A DNA stretch of 64,000 nucleotides from an uncultured Candidatus Saccharibacteria bacterium. GTDB lineage: Bacteria > Patescibacteriota > Minisyncoccia > Phycocordibacterales > PALSA-1337. The position numbers and the translations under genes are program-made. Every line of letters begins with the position of its first letter. Positions within the stretch are counted from its first letter, which is position 1. The notes beneath the pieces are model-generated. The model searched no databases. It saw only the letters and a list, made by a program, of their open reading frames with translations, and had not been told where the DNA came from. Where the stretch lies: positions 19,413-83,412 of the forward strand of contig CAYQFS010000001.1 of NCBI GenBank assembly GCA_964416985.1. Reading direction: 5' to 3'. Of the stretch, positions 1-10,194 are shown piece after piece.

Positions 1-874
1 CAACAAGGGATTTTTTCATGTCTTCAATTTCTGTGGTTGGTATATCGGTAATAATTTCAAATCCTGGAATAATGAGTTCATCAGTCCAGCTCATAACTTT
101 TCCAAAAATGTCTTCTGGTGTCTGATCGAGACTTACCATATTCCCCTCTGTCTTTCCCATTTTCTTTCCTGATGAATCTGTAAGTAGTCGTGAGGCGACG
201 ACAAATTTTTCTTTGTTTTTAAGTGCTTTCATAAGATCCCTGCCTGCGAGCATGTTGAATGTCTGGTCATTACCCCCAATCTCTCCATCAACATCCATTG
301 CCACGGAATCATACCCCTGCATAAGAGGATACATGAACTCATGAATATAGATTGGTTTGCCTTCTTGAGTACGACGATCAAACATATCGCGTTTGAGCAT
401 TTGATCGACAGTCATGTTTGAAGCAAGGCTCAACACGTCAGCAAAATTCATTTTAGAAAGCCATTCTGAATTAAATTTGAGAAGGGCTTTGTTTGGTCCT
501 GTGAAAGAGATGATCGCAGAAGCTTGTTCTTTGTATTTTGCACAGTTTGCAAGAACCTGATCACGACTTAGTTGCTTGCGTGCTGCACTCTTGTCTGTCG
601 GATCACCAATCATTGCTGTGAAATCCCCGATGAGAAGAATAATTTGATGGCCAAGCTTCTGAAATTCAGCAAGCTTTTTTAGTGGAATAGCATGTCCCAT
701 GTGAAGGGTTGGTCCCGTTGGATCAATTCCGAGGTAAAGTGTGACTCGCTCACCTCTCATTAGTTTTGCTTTTAGAAATTCTTTGTTGGGAAATATATTT
801 TCAACACCTCTCGACAAGAGCTCGTCGATTTTCTTTTCATCCGTTATAACTTGTGGTTTTTTGAGTCCGAACAT
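1..874 (-). CDS. tyrS: Tyrosyl-tRNA synthetase (3' end runs off the window)
   Basis: Manual minus-strand translation from 874 (MFGLKKPQVITDEKKIDELLSRG...). Shows GIDPTGPTLHMGH (HIGH motif), GGNDQTFNMLAG and KKMGKTEG (KMSKS-like). Confidence 0.95.
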   Translation of the reverse strand, partial: MFGLKKPQVITDEKKIDELLSRGVENIFPNKEFLKAKLMRGERVTLYLGIDPTGPTLHMGHAIPLKKLAEFQKLGHQIILLIGDFTAMIGDPTDKSAARKQLSRDQVLANCAKYKEQASAIISFTGPNKALLKFNSEWLSKMNFADVLSLASNMTVDQMLKRDMFDRRTQEGKPIYIHEFMYPLMQGYDSVAMDVDGEIGGNDQTFNMLAGRDLMKALKNKEKFVVASRLLTDSSGKKMGKTEGNMVSLDQTPEDIFGKVMSWTDELIIPGFEIITDIPTTEIEDMKKSLV

Positions 875-908
875 GCACATAATTTAGCATGTATGGTACA
901 ATTTTGCT

Positions 909-3449
909 ATGTCACATCGTCGCTCTTCGCGAAAACACTGGTGGTCAAAACCCGCCCGTGGAATCGTACTATTACTTGTTTCTATTGGACTTATTGGCTC
1001 AGGGCTCCTTGCTCTATGGTTTTCGACCCTTCAAATCCCTGATCTCAACGCCTTTGAGGCTCGAAAAGTTGCTCAATCAACCAAAATATTTGACAGAACT
1101 GGAAAAATACTACTTTATGATGTTCATAGTGATGCAAAGCGGACCGTTGTTCCATTTGATCAAATTTCTGATTATATTAAACACGCAAGTATCGCTATTG
1201 AGGATACAGAATTTTATTCTCATATTGGCATAAAACCGACGGCCATTCTTCGTGCAATTATCGCTGATGTCCTTGGGGGTGGTCTTGCTCAAGGAGGCTC
1301 GACTATCACTCAGCAAGTCATAAAGAACTCAATTCTTACAAACGACAAAACAATCACTCGAAAGCTCAAGGAATGGATTCTTGCTCTAAAACTCGAAAAA
1401 GCCCTGACAAAAGATCAAATTCTTTCAACATACCTCAACGAAGTACCCTATGGAGGAAGTATTTATGGAGTTGAGGAAGCAAGTAAGACATTTTTTGGGA
1501 AGACAGCTCTCGATGTGACTCTTGGCGAAGCAGCGTATCTTGCTGCCATCCCCCAAGCCCCAACCTTCTACTCACCGTATGGCAAAAATAAAGCGAGTCT
1601 TGATACTCGTCAAAAACTCGTCCTTCAAAAATTAAAAGAAAACAACTTCATTACCGACACAGAATATGAAAATGCGTTGAAGGAAAAGGTTGTTTTTCTC
1701 GAAAAAAACACGACTGGCATCCGGGCACCTCACTTTTCCCTTTATGTTCGTGACTATCTGATTGATAAATACGGACAAGAAGCTGTCGACGAAGGGGGGC
1801 TCAAGGTTACAACAACCCTAAACATTGACATGCAAGAAAAAGCAGAAAAAGTCATTGCTAATTTCTCAAAAAACCTCGAGTCTCAGTTTAACGCAAGCAA
1901 TACAGCAATGGTTGCCATCGACCCAAAAACTGGAGATATTCTTACAATGGTTGGTTCGAGAAATTATTTTGACAAGGAAATCGATGGGAATTTTAATGTT
2001 GCAACAGCAAAACGTCAACCAGGGTCAACCTTCAAACCATTCGTCTACGCAACAGCATTTATGAAGGGGTACACTCCTGACACAGTGCTTTTTGATGTTA
2101 AAACAGAATTCTCAACCCAGTGCACACCCGATGGGAAACCAAAACCTGGAGTTGATGAGAAGATCTGCTACTCTCCAGAGGAGTATGACGGACTTTATGA
2201 TGGGCCAATTTCCATCCGCCAAGCACTCGCTCACTCGCGCAACATTCCTGCTGTAAAAGCACTTTATCTTGCAGGAATAAAAGAATCTCTTGCTACAGCA
2301 AGAGCAATGGGAATTACAAGCCTCACCAATCCTGATCGTTATGGGCTAACACTTGTCCTTGGAGGCGGAGAGGTTTCCCTTCTCGAGCTCACAAGTGCGT
2401 ATGGGGTATTTGCAAATGATGGTGTGAGAAATCCATATAGATCAATTCTTAAAGTTGAAGATAGTAATGGAAATATTCTCGAAGAAGCAGAAAATAATCC
2501 GGTGCAAGCAATTCCTCCTCAGATCGCGCGTCAGATCTCTGATATCCTAGCCGATCCGAAAGCTCGTCTTTCATACCTTAACCCTCTTATTGACCCTCTT
2601 GGAGGCAAGCAGGTGGCCATGAAAACAGGAACAACAAATGATTACCGTGATGTATGGATTGAAGGCTATACTCCAGGGTTAGTCGTTGGTGCCTGGGCTG
2701 GAAAAAATGACAATACACCAATGGATAAAAAGGTGGCGGGGCTTATCATTGCTCCGGTATGGGCGGCCTTTCTTTCAGAAATCAACAGTTCAATTACACG
2801 AGAATACTTCAAAAAACCTGAGCCGACCTCACCAGATCTCAAACCAACTTTGCGAGGGATTTGGAAAGGGGGAATTTCATACAAAATCGACACGGTTTCA
2901 AAAAAACTTGCAACAGAATATACACCACCAGAGCTTACTGAGGAAAAGATATTTAACAGTGTCCATTCGATTCTCAATTGGATAGATAAAGATGATCCAA
3001 ATGGAGAGGTTCCAAAAAACCCTCAAAACGACTCTCAATACGAATACTGGGAATATGGAGTCAGAAATTGGTTTGATGAATGGAAAAAGCAGAATCCAAG
3101 CTTTATTGAAGTAACAAATTTTGAAAATATCCCAGTAGACAAGGATGATGTACATATCCCTGACAACTTCCCTAAGGTAACAATCGCTTCCCCACAAAAT
3201 GATTCTACAGCAAAGCTCCGATCACGAATCACTATAAGCCTCAGCACAACAAACAAATATCCCCTCAAAAAAACCGAGCTTTATGTAAATGATAAGTATG
3301 TTGGTGTTAATGATACAAATCCAACAACAGTAAGTTTCACCCCGGTTGATCTCGGACTTTCTCCTGGAAAGGCAAATGTCCGTGTTGTTGTCTACGACAG
3401 CATTCTCAATCAGGGCGAAGCTTCTCTAAATCTTACCCTTGAGGAATAG
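909..3449 (+). CDS. Class A penicillin-binding protein (PBP1A family) with C-terminal Ig-like extension
   Basis: N-terminal TM. Transglycosylase motifs EDTEFYSHIG, GGSTITQQVIKN and RKLKE. Transpeptidase motifs STFK, SRN and KTG. Confidence 0.95.
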   Translation: MSHRRSSRKHWWSKPARGIVLLLVSIGLIGSGLLALWFSTLQIPDLNAFEARKVAQSTKIFDRTGKILLYDVHSDAKRTVVPFDQISDYIKHASIAIEDTEFYSHIGIKPTAILRAIIADVLGGGLAQGGSTITQQVIKNSILTNDKTITRKLKEWILALKLEKALTKDQILSTYLNEVPYGGSIYGVEEASKTFFGKTALDVTLGEAAYLAAIPQAPTFYSPYGKNKASLDTRQKLVLQKLKENNFITDTEYENALKEKVVFLEKNTTGIRAPHFSLYVRDYLIDKYGQEAVDEGGLKVTTTLNIDMQEKAEKVIANFSKNLESQFNASNTAMVAIDPKTGDILTMVGSRNYFDKEIDGNFNVATAKRQPGSTFKPFVYATAFMKGYTPDTVLFDVKTEFSTQCTPDGKPKPGVDEKICYSPEEYDGLYDGPISIRQALAHSRNIPAVKALYLAGIKESLATARAMGITSLTNPDRYGLTLVLGGGEVSLLELTSAYGVFANDGVRNPYRSILKVEDSNGNILEEAENNPVQAIPPQIARQISDILADPKARLSYLNPLIDPLGGKQVAMKTGTTNDYRDVWIEGYTPGLVVGAWAGKNDNTPMDKKVAGLIIAPVWAAFLSEINSSITREYFKKPEPTSPDLKPTLRGIWKGGISYKIDTVSKKLATEYTPPELTEEKIFNSVHSILNWIDKDDPNGEVPKNPQNDSQYEYWEYGVRNWFDEWKKQNPSFIEVTNFENIPVDKDDVHIPDNFPKVTIASPQNDSTAKLRSRITISLSTTNKYPLKKTELYVNDKYVGVNDTNPTTVSFTPVDLGLSPGKANVRVVVYDSILNQGEASLNLTLEE

Positions 3450-3468
3450 TCTAGATAATTTGTTTTAG

Positions 3469-3726
3469 TTATTTAATGTCGTTTATAACAATCCCCTGAA
3501 CTCTTTGCGACAAATCCCTTAGTATCGCTTGTTTCTTTATGTAGATCTCATTTTTGAAGGCTGCAGAGGCCCTTATGGTTAGAGTTCCATTCGAAATAGA
3601 AATATCTTTCGTATCAAATTCTACTCCTGTGTGTTTTTTAAGAATTTCAATGATGGTTGTTAGGTTTCCAATCTGCGCAAGAGCCTTATTCTTAAATTTG
3701 TCGAAAAAATTCCCTATTCCCTTCAT
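3469..3726 (-). CDS. DciA/DUF721-like small protein (putative helicase operator)
   Basis: 85 aa, directly downstream of dnaN. GTLTIRASAAFKNEIYIKKQAILRDL resembles the DUF721 KH-like core. Confidence 0.6.
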   Translation of the reverse strand: MKGIGNFFDKFKNKALAQIGNLTTIIEILKKHTGVEFDTKDISISNGTLTIRASAAFKNEIYIKKQAILRDLSQRVQGIVINDIK

Positions 3727-3730
3727 GGAT

Positions 3731-4837
3731 TTAGCGGTTCATTGGCATTACGAGGTAGCGAAATGATGGGTCAGATACGGGATTAATGATGAGCGGCTTA
3801 TTGAGCCCACTGAAATTTAACGAAACACTATCAGAGTCAATGGACTGGAATGAATCGATGATGTATTTGTAATTAAAATTTATTTCAAGGGCCTCGCCAG
3901 CAATAGCCGCTTCGAGTGACGTCACATTCTCCCCTACGTCATTGTTTTTTGTCTTTATCTCACATAATTTAGAGTTTGGATTTACTTTTATATTAACTTG
4001 ATTAAATTTATCTGAAAAAATATTTGAGAGTTTGAGAGCGTTTATAAGATCTTGTTTTAAAACGACCACCTCAGTGCTGTTTGTTTTTGGAAGAATTTGT
4101 TTATAGTCTGGAAAAACCCCATCAATCACACGAGAAATGAGGAAAATACCCTTGTAGCTAAATGAAATCTGGTTTTTATCGAGACTTACTTCAACTTCGT
4201 CATTAATATTTTCCAAAACCCTCATAATATCTGGAATATTCTTGTAAGGAATAAGAATTTGACCGAAATCCTTGCTTTTTTTAAGTTTAACCTTCTTTTC
4301 AGCGAGACGGAATGAATCTGTTGCCACAAACACAACAAACTCATTGTCACAATAGATATACACACTTGAAAGCTCTGGTTTAATACTCGAAACAGATGAG
4401 CTGTACCAGACAGACTTGAGACCTTTTACAAAATCGGCTCCGTGTATAGAAAAAGTTGTTGAGTCAGAAACACGAGGAATGCTTGGAAAATCATCGTGAG
4501 GTAGGGTTTTAATTACTCCAGAACTTCTCTGTGTCTTTACTTTTACATTACCCTGATCGAGATCGAGTTTTATACTCTTGTCAGCTGCCTGAAGCCCCCC
4601 AATAAAAGAGGAGAGGGTGTTTCCTGGGACAGCGACAATTCCTGGTTCATCAACCTTTGCAGAAAGCGTTACCTCAATACCAAGATCGAGATTTGTTGCC
4701 CTGAGGGTGACAGTATTGTTTTTTGAAGCCTCAATCAGAAAACAAGAGAGAACTGGAAGTGTCATATGCTTCCCTGTTATTCGTTCCGCAAGCGTTACCG
4801 CTTCTTTTAATTTTTCTTGTGCACATTCTATCCTCAT
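3731..4837 (-). CDS. dnaN: DNA polymerase III beta sliding clamp
   Basis: Motifs ATNLDLGI, VATDSFRLAE, GVFPDY and C-terminal YLVMPM; adjacent to dnaA. Confidence 0.98.
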   Translation of the reverse strand: MRIECAQEKLKEAVTLAERITGKHMTLPVLSCFLIEASKNNTVTLRATNLDLGIEVTLSAKVDEPGIVAVPGNTLSSFIGGLQAADKSIKLDLDQGNVKVKTQRSSGVIKTLPHDDFPSIPRVSDSTTFSIHGADFVKGLKSVWYSSSVSSIKPELSSVYIYCDNEFVVFVATDSFRLAEKKVKLKKSKDFGQILIPYKNIPDIMRVLENINDEVEVSLDKNQISFSYKGIFLISRVIDGVFPDYKQILPKTNSTEVVVLKQDLINALKLSNIFSDKFNQVNIKVNPNSKLCEIKTKNNDVGENVTSLEAAIAGEALEINFNYKYIIDSFQSIDSDSVSLNFSGLNKPLIINPVSDPSFRYLVMPMNR

Positions 4838-5096
4838 GTTTGTTTGTTTTATTATATTAAATACTTATTGTTATTATTAGTTCTGTGGATATGGGGGTAA
4901 GTTCTTTTTGTCTTTATTCTCAGGCCTCTTTTGGAATTTGTTGTTGTGAATAACTTTTTAAAACTTTTAATAACTTTTTACCTAAGCAGCTCTTTTTAAA
5001 TTTTATCCCAAGTTTTCCTAAACCCACCAACAGCTTGTTCCCAGACTTTTCCCTCTAATCTCAGCAACTTTTCAACAGTTTTATCCACAGAACTTA
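4838..5096. other. Probable oriC (dnaA-dnaN intergenic region)
   Basis: Perfect DnaA box TTATCCACA at 5081-5089. Near-consensus boxes TGTGGATAT (4884-4892) and TGTGAATAA (4945-4953). TAA/CAA trinucleotide run on the minus strand (4865-4880) next to a box, resembling DnaA-trios. AT-rich. Confidence 0.8.
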
Positions 5097-6443
5097 CTAC
5101 AACAACGCTCTAATCTGCGCAATTTCTTCCATTAAGATTGGATTTGTTTTTAAATCCTCCTTAACCTTCTCGCATGAATGAATAACTGTTGTGTGGTCTC
5201 GACCACCCATCTTGTCTCCTATTGATGGGAATGAAACACTTAAATCTTCTCGGAGGAGGTACATAATAACCTGGCGAGGTTTAACCACCTCTTTCTTTCG
5301 GGTCTTATCGTAAACACTTTCTTCATCAATGTTGTAAAATTCAGAAACAACCTTGATGACGTCTTTGATTGAGATGTTTTTCTTTGGTTTTGTGTTGTTT
5401 TTAACCAAGTTTTTGACTTCAAGGAGTGAAAGAGGACGATTCTTGAGTTGTGTTTGACAAACAACAGCATTGACTACCCCTTCAAGGTCACGAACATTCC
5501 CTTCTATATTTGTAGCTAGAAACTCGAGGACATCAGGAGCAATGATAATCCCACTGCTAAGACTTTTTGTTTTGAGTATTGTTATGCGGGATTCAAAGTC
5601 TGGAGCGGGTATTTCAATGATCATTCCCGCATTAAAACGAGACTTAAGCCTGTCTTCAAGACCAGGGATGAAATTTGGGTGTTTATCAGAGGAAAATATA
5701 AGCTGACGATTGCTTTCATGAAATGTGTTGAAAAGGTGGAAAAACTCCTCCTGGAACTTGTCTTTCCCAGAGAAAAACTGAACATCATCCATAATAATAA
5801 CATCATACTTTCGGTACTTTTCTTTGAATTGCTGAGCTTTTTGGTTTTGGAGAGCGTTTAGATACTCCGAACCAAACCTTTCTGATGTTAAATAGAAGAT
5901 TTTTTTATCAACATGTTCTTTTTTGATATGATTCCCTATTGCTTGAATAAGGTGGGTTTTCCCATGCCCAGTATTTCCATAGATGAAAAGAGGGTTATAA
6001 GCAGTTCCTGGGGTTTTGACAACAGTTTTTGATGCCGCATGAGCAAGTTCATTGAAAGGACCGACTACAAATGAATCAAAAACATAACGAGGGTTTAAAT
6101 TGTCATCTTTGTTTACATAATAGTCCTGCAACGGCATAGAAATTGTAGGTGTTGCCTGTATTTTCTTTCTTTCTTCAACTTTTCGCTTGTCGGCTTCTTT
6201 TAAAATAACATACTCGAGAGCTCGTACCTGCTCATTCATCTGTCGTAGCGTCTTTAGAATGACATTGTGGAACTTCTTGTAGAGCCAATCTCGAGTAAAG
6301 GGATTGGGAACACCAAGGTATATGATCCCTTCGTCGTGTTTTATAATACAGGTACCATTGAACCATGTTGAAAAATTTGCTTGTGATACTGCAAGTTCTA
6401 TTTCAACGAGAGCACTTTCCCATAATTTATTCAAATCATTCAT
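5097..6443 (-). CDS. dnaA: Chromosomal replication initiator DnaA
   Basis: [17 protein letters not shown] (Walker A), MDDVQF, RLKSRF and domain [13 protein letters not shown]. Confidence 0.99.
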   Translation of the reverse strand: MNDLNKLWESALVEIELAVSQANFSTWFNGTCIIKHDEGIIYLGVPNPFTRDWLYKKFHNVILKTLRQMNEQVRALEYVILKEADKRKVEERKKIQATPTISMPLQDYYVNKDDNLNPRYVFDSFVVGPFNELAHAASKTVVKTPGTAYNPLFIYGNTGHGKTHLIQAIGNHIKKEHVDKKIFYLTSERFGSEYLNALQNQKAQQFKEKYRKYDVIIMDDVQFFSGKDKFQEEFFHLFNTFHESNRQLIFSSDKHPNFIPGLEDRLKSRFNAGMIIEIPAPDFESRITILKTKSLSSGIIIAPDVLEFLATNIEGNVRDLEGVVNAVVCQTQLKNRPLSLLEVKNLVKNNTKPKKNISIKDVIKVVSEFYNIDEESVYDKTRKKEVVKPRQVIMYLLREDLSVSFPSIGDKMGGRDHTTVIHSCEKVKEDLKTNPILMEEIAQIRALL

Positions 6444-6565
6444 TTATGTTGAGAGAAAGTAAAAAATAATACTCTTAGTATATACTTGTTTAAAAAATAG
6501 CAAACTTGTGGAAAGTTTATAAATATGTTGATAACTTGTGGAGAATAGTATATAGTGGATGAACT
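6444..6565. promoter_or_regulatory. Divergent dnaA/rpmH promoter region with degenerate DnaA boxes
   Basis: DnaA-box-like 9-mers TGTGGAAAG, TGTTGATAA and TGTGGAGAA between 6508 and 6546. Confidence 0.6.
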
Positions 6566-6700
6566 ATGTCATTTACATACCAGCCAAAGAAAAGAAAGAG
6601 AGCAAAGTCCCATGGTTTTCTCGTCCGAACAAAAACAAGCGGAGGGCGCAATGTTATCAAACGCCGCCGAGCTAAAGGTCGCAAGAAGATCTCTGTTTAA
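6566..6700 (+). CDS. rpmH: 50S ribosomal protein L34
   Basis: Manual translation (absent from the ORF track): [44 protein letters not shown]. Canonical position next to dnaA. Confidence 0.97.
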   Translation: MSFTYQPKKRKRAKSHGFLVRTKTSGGRNVIKRRRAKGRKKISV

Positions 6701-6702
6701 TC

Positions 6703-7038
6703 ATGCTCCCCAGCTCAAAGAGGCTCTCCACCGCTCTCTTTAAAGAAGTTATAACCAAAGGGAAACATCTACATTCCCCTTTGTTTGTCTTGAGGGCTAT
6801 TAAAACCGAGGGTTTGAGCCGTTTTTCAGTATCTGTGCCAAAAAAGGTGGCCAAAACAGCTGTCTTGAGAAACAAACTTCGTCGAAGATTCTATTCAGCA
6901 CTTAATCCCCTGTTTGTTGAGATAAAGCCGGGCATTCATGGTGTTTTTATTGTGAAAGAAACAATACTCAAAGCTCATTTCAAATCCCTTTCAACAGAGC
7001 TTCGTGAATTCTTTGTTAAATCAGGACTTTTGAAGTAG
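6703..7038 (+). CDS. rnpA: Ribonuclease P protein component
   Basis: SVPKKVAKTAVLRNKLRRR (RNR motif); rpmH-rnpA-yidC synteny. Confidence 0.93.
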   Translation: MLPSSKRLSTALFKEVITKGKHLHSPLFVLRAIKTEGLSRFSVSVPKKVAKTAVLRNKLRRRFYSALNPLFVEIKPGIHGVFIVKETILKAHFKSLSTELREFFVKSGLLK

Positions 7039-7048
7039 AATTACCCTT

Positions 7049-7774
7049 ATGTTCGGAACTTTATATCACTCCATAGTTTTCAATCCACTTTATAATGGAC
7101 TTATTTATCTCATGGATGTTTTTCCATGGATGGACGCTGGAATTGCTGTGATTATTTTTACGATCCTTGTTCGTCTTGTCCTTTTTCCTCTCTCAAAAAA
7201 AGCCATTGTTACTCAAGTTCGAATGAAACAACTTGAGCCCCAACTTCGGCACATTAGAGAATCAATGAAGGACGATAAGCAAGCTCAGGCATTAAAGACA
7301 ATGGCATTGTATAAAGAAAAAGGTGTAAGTCCTTTCTCCAGTTTTTTTGTCCTTTTGATTCAACTCCCCATTATCTATGCCCTTTATGCGATTTTTATGA
7401 GATCAGGGCTGCCAGTTGTAAATGAAACCCTTCTCTACTCATTTGTTCAGGTTCCAGTTATCAATATGCATTTTCTAGGGCTTCTTGATATAAGTAAGAG
7501 CAGTGTCTACCTTGCAGTAATTGCTGCCGCAGCTCAATTCTTCCAGCTCCACTTTTCTCTTGCAGCAAATCCAGGACCGGGAGGAGGTGGGGGTCAAATG
7601 GATGCAGCTCTTGCGATGACAAAGAATATGAAATATGTATTTCCTGTCATTATTTTCATAATTTCATACAAAATAGCCGCTGTGGTTGCTATCTACTGGA
7701 CCATCACAAGCCTCTTCACCCTTGCTCAAGAGCTTGTCGTTCGAAGACACCTTGCGCGACACGAACCTCTCTAG
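7049..7774 (+). CDS. yidC: YidC/Oxa1 membrane protein insertase (short form)
   Basis: TILVRLVLFPL, LIQLPII and AIYW motifs; synteny. Confidence 0.93.
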   Translation: MFGTLYHSIVFNPLYNGLIYLMDVFPWMDAGIAVIIFTILVRLVLFPLSKKAIVTQVRMKQLEPQLRHIRESMKDDKQAQALKTMALYKEKGVSPFSSFFVLLIQLPIIYALYAIFMRSGLPVVNETLLYSFVQVPVINMHFLGLLDISKSSVYLAVIAAAAQFFQLHFSLAANPGPGGGGGQMDAALAMTKNMKYVFPVIIFIISYKIAAVVAIYWTITSLFTLAQELVVRRHLARHEPL

Positions 7775-7789
7775 GTTTTTCGCTAGATT

Positions 7790-9055
7790 TTATTGATTGA
7801 GATCAAGTGACCAAAGACTAAGGTCATTTTTGTTTATAAAGTAGAGGAAGTTTTCTTTTGGATCAAGAGTGAGGTTTGTCGCATCGATCAGTCTGTCAGA
7901 GAGGTTTAAAAGGTTTGCAAGGAGATGCACCTCCCCTGTCGCTGTATCGAGATGCCAGAGTTGGTCAACAAATGATACACTCCCTTCATACCAATCATCG
8001 GGGTAGAGACTATTTGGAATTTCTGTTGGTACGGCACAGTAGACTTCGCTCTTGTGAACTGTACTCCAGACGCATTTTTCGGGGAGAGTTTTAAATATCA
8101 CTTCTTTTGTGGTTTTATTTTTGATGTTGTAAAGTGATGTTTTAAAGGTTCGAGACGCACTTGACGAGAAGAGTACCTGCTTTCCATCAGTACTTGTTTT
8201 TGTTGTAAGACCGAGGATTCCACCAAAGATTTTTGTCATTGTTCCGTTTTTAACATCTACAATATATGCGTATCCAGATGAGACTGCGGACGCCTTTGTT
8301 GTAATGATAATAGTATTTTCTTCAGGCCAGGAAACCTGAACCTGTGTGAGAGGTGTATCAAGTACTTTTGTTCTTTTTGATTCATCAAATTGAGAAATAT
8401 AGCCTATACCCCTTCCATTCTCAATATTGAAAGTGAAAACCCGATCCCCTTTTGGTGAAACAGTCACCTCTCTTATGTCTGCTGATAGGAATTTCCCTCT
8501 GATTTCGTATGGAGTTTTATTTACATCGATAGTGCTACTTGCCGTAACAATAACTTTTCGTACTTCTCCATAGAAATTCACCACGGTGTCTGTCCCCTCC
8601 TTTATGTAACGAAGGATAACAGCAGAAAGATTTTTGTTCCAGTAACTCTCATAAATTCGTGGAAGAGTAGTGTTTGAAAGTTTGATGATTGAAGCTTCAT
8701 CAGCACGCGACTCGTAGATGTGTCCTGCTCCACGATCGACGTAACGGATAAGAGTTGTGCTCGCGGTTGTGCTTGCTGACATTCCACCAACCGGAGTAGC
8801 GCTAATAAGTCTTAGAACAGGAAGTTTCTGGACCTCTGTTGGTGGTTGAGAAGCTGTCTCTGTGGTTGTTGAGACATAGTTGGTTGTGTTTGATGGGGGT
8901 GTGACACTACTCCTGTTGAATGGATTAAAGCCACCCGGATTCTCCTCTGTTTCAGTGAATGGTACGGGATTTCCAAGATACGCAAGCCAATAGTACGATC
9001 CCCCGAGGAAGAGAAGGATGAGAAACACTATTAAAAAGAGAAGTTTTTTGGTCAT
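7790..9055 (-). CDS. Membrane-anchored protein, probable beta-propeller
   Basis: N-terminal TM, T/P-rich linker, then beta-rich repeats (VSPKGDRV, STDGKQVLF, LDPKENFLYF). Confidence 0.65.
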   Translation of the reverse strand: MTKKLLFLIVFLILLFLGGSYYWLAYLGNPVPFTETEENPGGFNPFNRSSVTPPSNTTNYVSTTTETASQPPTEVQKLPVLRLISATPVGGMSASTTASTTLIRYVDRGAGHIYESRADEASIIKLSNTTLPRIYESYWNKNLSAVILRYIKEGTDTVVNFYGEVRKVIVTASSTIDVNKTPYEIRGKFLSADIREVTVSPKGDRVFTFNIENGRGIGYISQFDESKRTKVLDTPLTQVQVSWPEENTIIITTKASAVSSGYAYIVDVKNGTMTKIFGGILGLTTKTSTDGKQVLFSSSASRTFKTSLYNIKNKTTKEVIFKTLPEKCVWSTVHKSEVYCAVPTEIPNSLYPDDWYEGSVSFVDQLWHLDTATGEVHLLANLLNLSDRLIDATNLTLDPKENFLYFINKNDLSLWSLDLNQ

Positions 9056-10192
9056 TTATTTTGAAGTTTGAGATGGATTAAGTACCTTTTTGATCATGTC
9101 AACTCTTTTTGCCTTGAGTTCTTCATATTCCTTGAGTAATACAGGGTCGCTTGTATGAAAATTTTCGGGTACTATCTCTGGCTTTGAGTAGACATCCAAA
9201 CTATACTGAAGTCGGTCCCTGTATTGTTGTTTTGTCTTGCTATCTGCTGTTTGGTAGAGGAAGATTTCATGCATAATATCTTCCTGTTCTTTTGTCTGTT
9301 CGACATAATATTCCACCCTACCCTCTAGTTTTTTGGCACCCTCAAGGTCACCGTCATTTTTTAGTTGCTCGACATACCCCCCAGGACCAAGATATTTTTC
9401 TTTAATGAGGCTCAATCCGCCTTGTATTTTCTCGTTTACTTCAGGTTTTAAAGTAGCATCCTTTCCACTAAACGTTGCTGTGTAGTTACTTGCAGTGTTG
9501 GTGTAGTCAAGAATAGTAGAAAAACCGTTGTTTCCAATTCCCTTAGCCGTTGTACGTAGAATTTCTGCATCTCTCGACTTGTAATCTAGTTTAAGTGCAG
9601 CAAGCCTACGTTCATCCTCAGGACTCAAACCACTGGAATTTTTGAGTTTTTCCAATGCATCTATTGATAGCTTAGCCTCATCATTTTTTGACTGCAATTC
9701 TTTTATATTCTTAATATCCTCCATATTAAGAATTTTTATTTCATTTGCAAAACGATTTTGAAAAGCAGTTACATCACTTGTCTTTATCTCAACAGGATCT
9801 ATTCTTGAATTTATCTGCACAAGTCGAGGATCGATCGTCAGGAGAATAAGATATGAAACAAGAGCACCAAGAAGACCGATAATTGCATTCGTGATCCTGC
9901 TTTTACCATCACTTTTTCCAAAAGGAGATTCACTCGTCATGTATTCAAAACCACCCCAGATTATCATAACTATTGCGAGGAAGACAGCCAAAGCAATTGA
10001 GAATTTAAAGACATATTCGATATAGGTGTCAAAGCTTATACAAGTAAGTGTATTTCCACTGAGGCATTGTTTATCCTGGGTAATGCCATTAATATTCGGG
10101 AGAGGTTCGAGAAGAGTGTAGTTGTTCTGAGCATGCACTACCTGTACTGTAAAGATGAGAGCTATTATTATGTAGGGGAATATTTTTTTCAT
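9056..10192 (-). CDS. VirB2/TrbC-like pilin domain with long helical C-terminal extension
   Basis: Signal peptide, then LAIVMIIWGGFEYMTS...GKSRITNAIIGLL...SYLILLTIDP, the pattern of T4SS-pilin-family proteins. Confidence 0.75.
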   Translation of the reverse strand: MKKIFPYIIIALIFTVQVVHAQNNYTLLEPLPNINGITQDKQCLSGNTLTCISFDTYIEYVFKFSIALAVFLAIVMIIWGGFEYMTSESPFGKSDGKSRITNAIIGLLGALVSYLILLTIDPRLVQINSRIDPVEIKTSDVTAFQNRFANEIKILNMEDIKNIKELQSKNDEAKLSIDALEKLKNSSGLSPEDERRLAALKLDYKSRDAEILRTTAKGIGNNGFSTILDYTNTASNYTATFSGKDATLKPEVNEKIQGGLSLIKEKYLGPGGYVEQLKNDGDLEGAKKLEGRVEYYVEQTKEQEDIMHEIFLYQTADSKTKQQYRDRLQYSLDVYSKPEIVPENFHTSDPVLLKEYEELKAKRVDMIKKVLNPSQTSK

Positions 10193-10194
10193 AA

